This document shows positions 1-11,637 of a DNA stretch of 61,252 bases, piece after piece. Under the pieces are notes generated by a model that ran no database searches, had not been told where the DNA came from, and saw only the letters and a program-made list of their open reading frames with translations. The stretch's first letter is position 1. Each line of letters begins with the position of its first letter. The stretch spans positions 68,917,155 to 68,978,406 of the forward strand of contig NC_057726.1 of NCBI RefSeq assembly GCF_004010195.1, written 5' to 3'. Made by a program: the position numbers and the translations under genes. Origin of the DNA: Chiloscyllium plagiosum (taxonomy: Eukaryota).

Positions 1-58
1 ACCATCACCACGATCCCCAAAATCAAACGGAAGATGTTAATGGTGTGGAACCGGCCAG
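1..58 (-). CDS. Gene A transmembrane exon (truncated by window edge), activating-type TM with Arg: (A)GRFHTINIFRLILGIVVM...
   Basis: Acceptor ...tatccttcag ending at 59, then phase-1 exon CT GGC CGG TTC CAC ACC ATT AAC ATC TTC CGT TTG ATT TTG GGG ATC GTG GTG ATG. N-x-x-R precedes the hydrophobic run. A homologous exon occurs at 37298-37198. Confidence 0.85.
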
Positions 59-930
59 CTGAAGGATAGAGATTCAATGAGGAAATATAGAGAAACTATT
101 AGACGCAGAATGTTTGTGTGTATGTCTTTACATAAAGGGAGGGAGAACAACAGAGAGGGAACTGGAGACAACCAATGTGTTAGACACAGAACTGTGCGCT
201 TGAGAGTTTACTACAATGCAGCTGAGGGGTAGTACTAAAATGCCCAGAACCTTTCTCCATGAGTTCCGCGGAGTTTACACTGAACATTGTATACATCAGG
301 GAACCTCAAGAATATTCTCCCCTTGGTCTTTTATTGGATCTGGTCTCTGACACTGCTAAACGGGAGCTAAAGCTAATTCTCATCCTCGCGTTAATTTCTA
401 ATGCAGTGCTCGATGGTAACAATACCCAGTCAACGGAAAAGAGGAAGCTGGCATTTACATAGCGCCGTTCAGGCCCCTTGAAAGCCAATGAGCTACTCGA
501 AGTGTGCTCGCCGCTGTAATAAAGAAAATGTGACGACCATTTTGTATACGATTTCCCAAAAAGCAATGTGAGAGTGAGCAGATCATTTGATTCTGTCGTG
601 TGGATTGGCAGGATAAATATTCGCTTAGGACTGATTTATTATCATTAGGGATGGAACCGCGTGTCAGACAGGGGAACTGGGTATTGATCTGCTAATCCCG
701 AACATGGCGCGGATTGAATGCAGTTTGTGGTCATTTTAAGCTGACGGCTAAGCAATACTTTAAAATATTGGCGTCAAGTTTGATTTCGGCTGGAGTCCCG
801 AGTGTGCGGGAATGAATCGGACCCTTGTATTTTTAATGTTGAAGATTAGTGTAGACAGAAATCCCGTCGCTGGTTCCAGTATATAACAAAGATCGTGATT
901 AAATCAATACTGAAGACCCGTCGCCCTTAC

Positions 931-1212
931 CGTGGTTTGGAACCGTGTAGCTGATATTTGCCGGGACGCCGAGTGCGACGTGAGAAACCTGGCAGGTATA
1001 GACTGAGCCCCTCTCCGGAAGACTGAGCTCGCTGGAAACTTGAAATAAACCCTCTTCGTTTAGGATTTTCCTGATGCTGATGCCAGACGTGATTTCGGAG
1101 AAATTTTTATACCACACGAGTTCAAACTGCCCCGGGAAGAAGCCAGCTGTTGTGCAGAGGAGAGCGAGGAAGGGCGAGTCGAGGCGGGTTATCTTCAGCG
1201 GGGTTGGTGGCA
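931..1212 (-). CDS. Gene A Ig C1-set domain exon
   Basis: 282 nt, ttccag| acceptor and G|gtaagg donor, phase 1/1. Translation VPPTPLKI...LLCTTAGFFPGQFELVWYKN...GLFQVSSELSL...VYTCQVSHVAL has C1-set hallmarks (Cys-x3-GFFP, W, YTCxVxH). Confidence 0.93.
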
Positions 1213-1879
1213 CTGGAACACAATAACATTCAATAAATCAATATCGGAAGTTGTGTGTGGGTTGGACAGAAGACAGAACAGCCTGTCAAAAGGCACAGGC
1301 ATTTCTTGAATTTTGGAGGGAATTCTTTTTTTTAAATCAACCTATTAATGCTAACAACTAAAGTTTCAATTTTGAAAGTTAGAATCGATGTACGTTCGTT
1401 AAACCTCCCCGTCCTTTGCATTCGGATAAAAAGTGGAGATAAATAGAGTGGACCATGTCAGAATGGGCAGCCGCTGATAATGTTGGACGAGACACATACT
1501 CTACACACGCAGCTCGGAGTCTGCATTGGATTAACAGTGGTCAAATCAGACAAAGTCAGAGTCCATACTAAAAAAAAGCGGTTTCATCAGACACCCTCGG
1601 TCTGTTGTCCTTTGAACAATCACTGGTTCAATCGGACACAGGCAATCCAGAGTCTATTAAATGCTTACTTCTTTTCCACGAGACATTCTCAATCCATAGT
1701 TTGTATTGAATTCTAATTGGTCCCATCTAAGTCTCAAACCCAAGTCCAAGTCCAATGAGATGCTCCGCAGAGACGGGACTTTCTCAGGGACACTATCCAT
1801 GGCACTGCACACAAGGCCGTTGAGAAGAAACAGGGAAGACACAAGACTGGTTGGAAGCGAGCTCAAGTAATCTCACCGC

Positions 1880-2520
1880 TGTCAAGGAGGCAAAACGTGT
1901 TGCGCCACTCCACCCAGGCAACACTTTCTGCACTAAGGACACCAAGACACAAGTGTAATGTGCACCCATAATGTTGCAAAGAAAGGAGTTTCAGGATTTT
2001 GATCCAGAGACACTATAATAGGAATGGTGTTATATTTACAAGTCAGGGTGGTGACAGGCTTGGAAGGGAAGTTGTATATGGTCGTGTTGCCATCTATCTG
2101 CTGCTGTGGGGTTTGAAGGTGCTGTCGACGAATATTGGGTGAATTCCTTTACTGCGTCTTGGAGAAGGCACACACTGATGTGACCGGACATGTTCATATG
2201 TAAAACGAAATCCAGGATTGTCACAGAGCGGTCATGGAGGGAATGGTGATGCATGTGGTGCCAACGAAATAGGCTGCATTGCCTGAATGCATTGTCAAGC
2301 TTCTTGGGTGTTGGTGCAGCTACATTTAATTCGGCAAATGGCTCGTCTTCGATCATATTGTCGACATGTGCTTGATAAATGGTGGATAGGATTTGGGGAG
2401 TCAGGAGGTGGATCACACATTGTTGGATTCCTGGCCTTCCATTTGCACTTGTAGATATTGTATTTGCATGGTTAGTCCAGTTCAGGGCCTCGGCAACCCC
2501 CAGGATGATAATGTCTTGTA
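1880..2520 (-). mobile_element. Old degenerate LINE remnant in the gene A V-C1 intron
   Basis: Minus-strand ORF 2036-2416 has decayed RT C-terminal-like text (IYQAHV..NMIE..P.A..NVAAPT..KKLD). Boundaries approximate. Confidence 0.45.
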
Positions 2521-2845
2521 AAATAAATGAAAAGGCATTTTTCTCGGAAATATTTCGCTGGAGTTGTAAGCAGTCTTTCAGCTATAAACGATAGCTAACT
2601 AAGTCAGCTATTAGCAATGTCATCGGCTAAATTCCAAGTAGAAGTTCAACGATTAGAGATTTTCACAAAATGCTTCCCTTGACTGTTAAAGTTATATGCG
2701 AAATGAATTTGCACTTTTTTTTCCTTTACTGAGAATTAAAAACCCTATATCCTTCAGTTGATTATTTCTAATGAACTTGTCCTTGAAACTATTTGGTCCA
2801 TCTTCTTCTCAATCATTAGTTCCCGATTGACACTCAAACACGCTC

Positions 2846-3993
2846 ATAGAGATGTACATCATGGGAAAAGACCCTTCGGTCCAACTCGTACATGCCGATC
2901 AGATATCATAACCTAATCTAGTCCCATTTATCAGAAGTTGGCCCATATCCATTCAAACCCTTCCTATTCAATTACACATCCAAATGATTTTTAAATGCTG
3001 TAATTGTCCCAGCCTCCACCACTTCCTCTGGCAGCTCATTCCATACACGTACCACTCTCTGCGTGAAAAAGTTGCCCCGTAGGTCCCGTGAAAATGTTTC
3101 CCCCTCACCCTAAATCTATGCCCTCTAGTTCTGTACTCTCCCATCCCAGAGAACAGACCTTGTCTATCTATCCTATCCATGCGCCTCATGATTTTATAAA
3201 TCTCGATAAGGTCACCCATCAGCCTCCAACACTCCGGGGAAAACAACACTATTCAGCCTCTCCCTGTAGATCAAATGCTCCAACCCTGGCGACAGCCTTG
3301 TAAAGTTTCTGAACTCCGTCAAGTATCCCGGCATCATTCTGAGAGGAGGGAGACCAGAACTGCACACACTATTCCAAAAGTGACCTTACCAATGTTCTGT
3401 ACAGCCACAATATAACCTCCCAACTCTTATAGTCAATGCACTGACCAATAAAGGAAAACATACCAAAGAACTTGTTCACTATCCTGTCTACTTGCGACTC
3501 CACTTTCAACTAACTATGAAACTCCACTCCAAGATCTCTTTGATCGTCAACACTCCGTGCATAAGTCCAACCCTGATTTGCCTTTCCAAAATGCAGAACC
3601 TCGCATTTATGTAAATTAAACTCCTTCTGTCACTCCTCAGCCCATTGACCCATCTGATCAATATCTCGTTGTTCTCTGAGTTAATCTTCTTCACTGACCA
3701 CTACGCCTTCAATTTTGGTGCCATCTGCAAACTTACTAACGAGACCACCTATGTTCACATCCAAATCATTTATATAAGTGACAAAAGTCAGTGGGCCCAG
3801 CACCGATCCTTGTGGCACACCATTGGTCACAGGCCTACAGTCTGAAAGGCAAACCTGCACGATCACCCTCTGTCTTCTATCTTCAAGGTGGTTCTGTATC
3901 CAAATGGCTAGTTCTTGCCGAATTCCGTGCGATCTTGCTAACCCGTCTACCCTGAGGAACCTTGTCGAACGCTTTACTGAAGTCCATGGAGAT
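2846..3993 (-). mobile_element. CR1/HER1-type LINE, 5'-truncated
   Basis: Minus-strand fragments MDFSKAFDKVP, GVPQGSVLGP, SKFADGTKI, GDLIEIYKIMR, RTRGHRFRVRG, followed by a typical 3' UTR. Confidence 0.9.
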
Positions 3994-5218
3994 CCTTTGG
4001 AAAAATATGTTGGCTTCCCAGCCGCGAACGCTTTGTTCACGCAATGTGAATTGAAACAACAGGCGATCTTTGCACACACTTCTCAGGATTGCGTTTAATC
4101 ATTTTCCCATCGAATCTTTGCTCCATGCTTCAAAACCACATTTTCAATTAACAATATCCTGTTGCAATCCCACTCAACATCGGGTATGGATGATGCCATT
4201 ATCCACTTCAAAGGTAGAGTTCCTTTACATTTGAAGTTGGTGCGCAGACTTGAGAAAGTGCCTCCAGCACCCAGCCATGCTTCAGGAACAAAAAAACTGC
4301 AGACTCCAAATATATTTCCATTATTCTACCTTAATGTACGTAGACTGATTGCACCAAGCTAACGAGGTAAAGTGCTCAGAGAATTTTACCCTGCTTCATA
4401 AAATCAGGACTTAAGGGGAGACTCAGTCTATGAGGAATGTAAATAATTACCAAACGTTACAAGTAAAATTGGGGATTAAGAAAAATAAATTTAATCTCCA
4501 AGTACTCAGTAAACATCTCATCAAAATCATACTTGGAAGCAGCGCAAGTACATTTCTCGTTATAATGTCATTTTAGAAGCAGACCAAATAACACTCTCTA
4601 CTTCTCAGTTAAATGTTGAGAGCACTTAAAAGTATTCAAGTATCCAATCCGTTAGCGTGAGGAAGCACAACATTTCTGAGACACCATTTAATAATTCGTT
4701 CTCCGGTAGCATACATTTGAATGTTTTCCTAAAGCCCGTTCTTCTTTTGGAGGATAATTATTTAACTCTCGGTTTAATTACTCATACCGTGCTGTAGCTG
4801 CATCCGTTTATGATCACTTGCACCTATTTGATAATCGATTTTGAGAACCTGACATTTACCTCTTTAAAAGAAAAACACATCTTTCCACGTTGAACTCCAT
4901 GACAAATCCAATGCATTGCATTTCCGATGGCTACCTAAATCAAGTGGTGCATAATTTAGGATACATTATCTGCTTTTAAATAGTCGATATAAAACAAGAT
5001 TAAATACATTACACGGCCTGGCTAACTTTGATTGACCGCGGACGGCAAGTCTGATGTACACCAGCACAAGTTCGGTCTAAGTGTCCTTGAACTGAAAAAA
5101 AAACCAAGCCCGCCTTTCGACACCAAACTATTAGCAGACTCCTTGCTGCTCTTGTGATCTATTATCGAGGTATACCTGCCTAATTTAACGTTGTTCATTT
5201 CTCCTCAGTGACACTCAC

Positions 5219-5539
5219 CGTGTACGATAAGCTTAGTCCCATTCCCATTGAAAGTCTTCCTGCCGAAGACGCTGATGCTACAGTAATAGATTCCGGAGTC
5301 CCGGAAGCTCACATTCAACAGATGGAACTCAGCAGATGCTTGCTTGAACGGTAACATTATTTTCCTTTCGTCTGCTGTTGGGTCCAAAGTTTTGGTCTGC
5401 CCGTCTTTCCGCCAAGAGACATCCACCGATAATTTGCGATCGAAAAGCGGGATGGAGCAATACATTGACACATTTGCACCTTCCACTGCAGTCAGGCACG
5501 CAGGGATTTGCGTCACAGGCAAAGGGGTTTTGCCAGTAT
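5219..5539 (-). CDS. Gene A Ig V-set exon with germline-joined J-like segment
   Basis: 321 nt, tttctggtag| acceptor and G|gtgagt donor, phase 1/1. Translation DTGKTPLPVTQIP...EGANVSMYC...VSWRK...DSGIYYC...NGNGTKLIVH shows C, W, DxGxYYC and a GxGTxLxV G-strand. Confidence 0.93.
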
Positions 5540-5732
5540 CTACCAGAAATATACACAAACATTAGTTGGTCATGTTTCATGTCCTGAAAAAGGAAAAGAG
5601 GTAAAATAATGGGTAAGAAATTTAACGAAAGAAAATCAAATAATTAATCATGAAAACGACGCTGCCTGTTTTGAGTTCCCGGTATTTCCATTCATATTCC
5701 TATCCGCTAGGTGAGTGACAATATTTATAGAC

Positions 5733-5787
5733 CTGTATAAATGATTCCCAGGGCTGAGAGATAGCACATCATATGGAACACAGGCAT
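5733..5787 (-). CDS. Gene A leader (signal peptide) exon MPVFHMMCYLSALGIIYT
   Basis: ATG at 5787, 55 nt, phase-1 donor ACAG|gtct, 193-bp intron to V. Same length, position and YLS..GIIY motif as the paralogous leader at 47010-46956. Confidence 0.82.
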
Positions 5788-6800
5788 CTTGGGCAGGGAA
5801 GATCTCGAGCAGGAAGACAGCAACAGCCAGCGAAAATCGGTGGAAAAAGTGTAACCATCTGGGACTCCCTGGTGCATTCAGGCATCGACTCTGTGTCTGA
5901 GACAACCTCAATGAATTGGTTCTGTTTAAGGCGGATCGACGGAAGTAGGTGTTGCAAGATGAGGATGGCTCAGGTCTGATTGGTGACCAAGAGAATTTGA
6001 AATATTTTCGCATGACGTGAAAGGTTTCTAGTTGAGACAACACTTGTCTGAGTTCAGTGTTGTCCGACCTGTGGCAGTTGGGAGCGCGGTGGAGATCTGG
6101 CCCAGAGGTGGTGATCAAATAGAAATGCATGCCCTGATCTTACAGTTGGACCGGATGCCATGTCCTTGAATGACTTTGTTGAGGGAAAACAGGGAGAAAG
6201 GAGTGGTCAATGGTCAATGGTTTGTGTTTATGGCCCAGTAGAGCCACGTAGGTGCAGTAAAACCACCCAGTCCGGGAGAATCTGATACAATGACTAGATA
6301 AGGTGGATGAAAATGAATGGAGCCTATCGATTTCAACTGCACAGTTGAGGGCAGGTGGAGATGAAAGATGTGATGGTATTCTCTGTTAAAATCCCGAAGA
6401 GGTGATGGGAGCCGACTTGGAAGGGATTCAATGGTCAACAGAACATTTGTGAATTTCTTTATTTTGATTTATTCAAATTTCAAAGTTTATTCTTGATTTA
6501 TTCAAACTCACTTCTGATTAATGAAGTTTCAGCATAAAATTGTTGCAAACATGCTCATAGTTTTGGAAAGTGCGAAGAATATTGCATTCAGAGATACTTC
6601 CAAGTAAGGAGGAGTCAATGAACAGGCTCTGAGATAAGTTTTGAATGTTGAACAAGGGAGTTGTGTTTGGGGTGAAGACGTCACTGAGGATGATATAATA
6701 TAAATCAAATTGGTTGGAGGAATGAAAGTTGAATAATGAGTTATTTGTGATTATTAAGGTTGAAAGAGCAGGAAAAAAAAGGGTGGAATGATTTTGGAAA

Positions 6801-7092
6801 GACCATGTGAGCTGGGAGAGGTAAAGGCAGGAAAGAATCCAGTGACAAATCCAAACAGGAGAAACACTGAGGACGCTGCAGGATATGTTTGAATTTCTTT
6901 CCCAGAGGACACAAGTATGCAAGATTTTGCATATTTTTGACAACAAGACCATGTGAGCTGGGAGAGGTAAAGGCAGGAAAGAATCCAGTGACAAATCCAA
7001 ACGGGAGAAACACTGAGGACGCTGCAGTATATGTTTGAATTTCTTTCCCAGAGGACACAAGTATGCAAGATTTTGCATATTTTTGACAACAA
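6801..7092. repeat. Tandem duplication, 2 x 146 bp
   Basis: gaccatgtgagctggg...tttttgacaacaa at 6801-6946 and again at 6947-7092, two substitutions. Confidence 0.95.
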
Positions 7093-7593
7093 CAACTATA
7101 CCAGCCTTTCTTCTCCAATTTGTTTTTCAGATTAAACTTCAGTTTCACCATCTGTCGTGGTGTAGGTGAACATGCGTGATTGCTAACCCCATGACACACC
7201 ATTATGGCACTTGCGCCAAATCTTACATGCAAAACGTTTAAATTAAATGCAGCAGATTTATTCAAACTCATAACTGATACTGTTCACCTCCTTCTGTTCG
7301 ACACCTGTTTGATTTAACCAAGCTATGCCAACGGTAAAAGCCGCGTGAAAGCCACTTTACTAATGAATGCAAAAAAAAGTTGGAATTGAAAGACTGATAT
7401 GATGTTCTTGTAACACGGTGATTGTTATTTTCAAAAAAACATTTCTTTACGTACAAACTCCAGTACAGCCCCAATTTTTTTCCTTTTTTTAAAATCATGT
7501 TCACAAATCTGCATGACTTGACTACGCCTTGGTATGTTCTCTATCGCCACAGAGGCGCTTTCAGTATTAATTATTAAGGGCACTCTTCTACTA

Positions 7594-7897
7594 GTGGCAC
7601 AGTGGTTAGTACTGCTGCCTCACAGCGCCTGAGACCCGGGTTCAATTCCCGCCTCAGGCGACTGACTGTGTGGAGTTTGCACATTCTCCCCGTGTCTGCG
7701 TGGGTTTCCTCCGGGTGCTCCGGTTTCCTCCCATAATCCAAAGATGTGCAGGTCAGGTGAATTGACCATGTTAAATTGCCCGTAGTGTAAGGTAAGGGGT
7801 AAATGTAGGGGTCTGGGTGGGTTGCGCTTCGGCGGGTCGGCGTGGACTTGTTGGGCCGAAGGGCCTGTTTCCACACTGTAATGTAATCTAATCTAAT
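7594..7897 (+). mobile_element. HE1-like tRNA-derived V-SINE, young copy
   Basis: A box tggcacagtgg, B box ggttcaattcc, V-domain tgtgtggagtttgcacattctccccgtgtctgcgtggg, tail ...ctaatctaat. Confidence 0.92.
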
Positions 7898-8539
7898 ATT
7901 TACCCTACCTTTTTGAAAACCTTTTAACACGGTAGCATTGGTTACCAGCGCTGATTGGTTGTTCTGTCTCAGCAATGTTATATACTCCAACTCAAGTTGG
8001 CTCAGGTATTTATTACATCATTCTTGATCTGTTGTAGTTTAAAGAATGACGAGCAATACTGTCCATGAAGAACGATTGATACTCATTCTGGAACCTCTGG
8101 TGATGGGATTACATCATCAGTTCAGATGTGGCCATGTTAGGAATATATGGCTCTGGGTGATCCATGCCTCAATGTAAGGTGATGAGATCGGATGTTGCAC
8201 ATACAGGGTGATGACGTTTTTTTTCTGTATGTAGAGATGGTGGCTTACGTGGATGAATGTACAGTGCAACACTCAAAATGTGGATTGTAGTGTGATGGGA
8301 AGTCATTTCCAAAATTTTATGTTCAGTTGTGTTATAAATAAATGATCCCCCTTTTTTGATGCCACAATTCTGCGACTGGCTGGTAGGGCGATGACGTCCA
8401 CTTCAGGATGAGCGCAGTCTGGAGGCGACCAGGGCAGGGATATAGAGTGATGAGTCTATTCTTTGCCATGAGCAGTGATGCTGGATCCATATCAGCACTC
8501 GAGGCTGCTGGAGTAAATTTCATGAAGACAAGGCGACAT

Positions 8540-10660
8540 GCTGCTCTCTGTAACTGACTCCCGTGATATGTGCTACATGAATGATTTTATTTGCAGATTT
8601 TGCCCATTTCAAATTGAGTTCAACAATTACCTTCAGCAAACCATGGAGTGGAGAATCAGCGATGGTAATGCATTGAATTTCAAAGGCCAGTTGTTAGATT
8701 CTATCTTATTGGAGATGGTCATTTTCCAGTAGTTGAGTGGCGGATTTGTTACTTGCCAGTAGTCAGGCCAGGACTGGATGCCATCAATATTTTGTTACAT
8801 TTGGACGTGGACTGATTCAGTATCTGAGAAATGGTCGGTGGAGCTGAACTTTGCACAAACATCAGCAGTTATTCATTATTCTGACATCAGGATGAGGGAA
8901 AGATGACTGACTCCTGATCAGCTTCACGATCTTTCATTGTGTGAGGTAAGACTTCAATGAGCAGGGAGCTTTCACCTCGTTTCTAATTGGGTTTATTTTA
9001 CTGGGACTCCTTACAATGGCTCAGTGCTGACCTTCTCCCAAGAGTAGTTACTTTCACCCCCTCTCTGGACTTTAGCTTTTTCTGTGTTTGAAAGGAAGGC
9101 TGTAATGAGGGCAGGATCTGTGTGGCCCTGGCGGAGCCTAAAGTGGGCGTCACTGAGCAGTTTATCAGTGAGCAAGCGCTACTTCACTGTTGATGATATC
9201 TTCCAACACTTTATTGGTGAAGGGCTGGTGACATGGAAAGTTATTTCAAATGGTTTGTAAAGGTTTGTAATACCTTTTGCGTGCATGGGCATACCGCAGA
9301 TGCTTTCCCACATTTTCACAAAGATACCAGTGTTCCAGTCGTCGGGGATCAGTTTGGCTTAGGTTGGGACAACGTCTCATTAGATTAGATTAGATTCCCT
9401 ACAGTGTGGAAAGAGGCCCTTCGACCCAACCAGTCCTCACCGACCCTCTGAAGAGTAACCCACCCAGACCCATTCACACTCTGACTAATGCACCTAACAC
9501 TATGGTCAATTTAGCATGGCCAATTCACCTGACTTGCACATCGTTGGACTGTGGGAGGAGACCGGAGCACCCGGAGGAAATCCACACAGACACAGGGAGA
9601 ATGTGCAAACTCCACACAGTCAGTCGCCCGAGGCTGGAATCGAACCTGGGACCCTGGTGCTGTGAGAACACAACTCTTCAGTATTATTGCCGGAAAGGTG
9701 TCAGGTCCCATAGTCTTTGTAGGACCTAGTCCATTGAAACGTTTCTTGACATCACATCGAGTGATATTTTAGTTGGCATTTACGATGCTGGGAAGTACTT
9801 GAGGATATCAAGATGGTTCATCGACATGTTCCTTTTTCTGAAGATTGTTATATATTGCTAAGCCTTTTCTTTTTCGCGGATTTACTGTGCTTCCTATTCA
9901 TTGAGTTTGGGGTGTTTGTGGAGCTTCCACCACCAATTACTTGGTTAATATCAACCATTATTTATGACTGGTGGTGACAGGATTGCAGAGCTTGATGTGA
10001 TGCCTTTGTTGTGGAGTCCTCTCTTCGAATTGATGTGTATGCTGCCTGACATGCAATTTGCCCTGTTTTGTAGCTTTGTCATGTTTTTATCCCATATTTA
10101 GGTATTCCTGGTGCTGCTCTTGGCATTTCTTCCTGCATATTCTTTGAAACTGCGTTTGATTCCCTGGCTTGATAGTGTTGATAGAGTGGCGAATATGCTG
10201 TGCCATACCTTGCAGATTGGTATGAATATAATTCGATTGTTGTCGATGGCCCACAACACCTCATGGACACCGTGCTTTCAGTTATTATACCTGTTCCAAA
10301 TCTACCTCATTTAGTACGATTGTGGTTCCACACGACACGACGGTGTGGATGCTCACTCAAAGACGTGACTTCATATTCTCCAGAACAGTCAGTGGTCACT
10401 CGTATGGATACAGTTATGGTCAGATGTATCTGCGACCGTCAGGTTGTTGAAGCTGAGGACAGTTTTGTTCCCTCTTTTTTGGCCCACTGCCTTCGCAAAC
10501 GCCAGTTAACCACCTTTTGTACTTGGCCAGCCTGGATAGTACTTGGACTGCCGACCCCTCATGATAATAGACATTGAATTTACTCGCCCAAGGTACACCC
10601 AGCACTCTTGACCCAGTCACTGCTTTCTCCAAGTGCTCATCAACAGGGATTCTTGTTGAC
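8540..10660 (-). mobile_element. Degenerate LINE remnants, interrupted by a SINE
   Basis: Decayed endonuclease/RT-like text on the minus strand (e.g. VLGVPWASKFNVYYHEG..., LVFVKMWESI-like). No intact ORF; family and ends uncertain. Confidence 0.4.
9379..9667 (-). mobile_element. HE1-like V-SINE
   Basis: Reverse complement of the SINE at 7594, with an attagattagattag tail. Confidence 0.9.
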
Positions 10661-11137
10661 TAATCTTTACCGGCTTGCATGACGTCCCTGTTGTCGCAGC
10701 ATCAGGTCTGTCATTAAGTTTTAACCTGGTTCAGAATCAGTGAAATTAAATTGTTAATCTTGTTTAGTCTCATCGCTTCTGATCAATCGTGAGGCATCGT
10801 CAACAACATTGGGACAGAGTGCTTTTGTAACATTTGTTTATGATATTTCAGCATCGACTACTCATGTGGCTGATCAAATTCTTGAGTCTGCTTATAATGC
10901 TGAATAATGAAGGGTAGTTAGCGCACTGTAATAGCTGTTTTCTTGTCTTCGAGGATCCCTTACTATGTTTAACTGAGCTGGTACTAGACGCCCGGAGAAA
11001 CCTTGTCCTTTTGTCGGCTCCACACTAACATCCCAGAACAGAACAAAGACTATGGAGATCTAAAGTTGGAAATGCTCGAGAAACGCAAAAGGTTTGCCAT
11101 CACTGTTGGAGAGAGAAACAGAGTTCATGTTTCCTGT

Positions 11138-11637
11138 NNNNNNNNNNNNNNNNNNNNNNNNNNNNNNNNNNNNNNNNNNNNNNNNNNNNNNNNNNNNNNN
11201 NNNNNNNNNNNNNNNNNNNNNNNNNNNNNNNNNNNNNNNNNNNNNNNNNNNNNNNNNNNNNNNNNNNNNNNNNNNNNNNNNNNNNNNNNNNNNNNNNNNN
11301 NNNNNNNNNNNNNNNNNNNNNNNNNNNNNNNNNNNNNNNNNNNNNNNNNNNNNNNNNNNNNNNNNNNNNNNNNNNNNNNNNNNNNNNNNNNNNNNNNNNN
11401 NNNNNNNNNNNNNNNNNNNNNNNNNNNNNNNNNNNNNNNNNNNNNNNNNNNNNNNNNNNNNNNNNNNNNNNNNNNNNNNNNNNNNNNNNNNNNNNNNNNN
11501 NNNNNNNNNNNNNNNNNNNNNNNNNNNNNNNNNNNNNNNNNNNNNNNNNNNNNNNNNNNNNNNNNNNNNNNNNNNNNNNNNNNNNNNNNNNNNNNNNNNN
11601 NNNNNNNNNNNNNNNNNNNNNNNNNNNNNNNNNNNNN
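11138..11637. other. Assembly gap (500 N, placeholder size)
   Basis: Run of exactly 500 N. Confidence 1.

Noticed and set aside
899-5558. Calling the locus a rearranging TCR or Ig light-chain locus
   Set aside because: No separate V/J segments or RSS; each gene has its own L-VJ-C1-TM, and the tails carry ITIM-like motifs or an LRC-type Arg TM.
7594-7670. tRNA gene
   Set aside because: The A/B boxes belong to the tRNA-derived head of a SINE.
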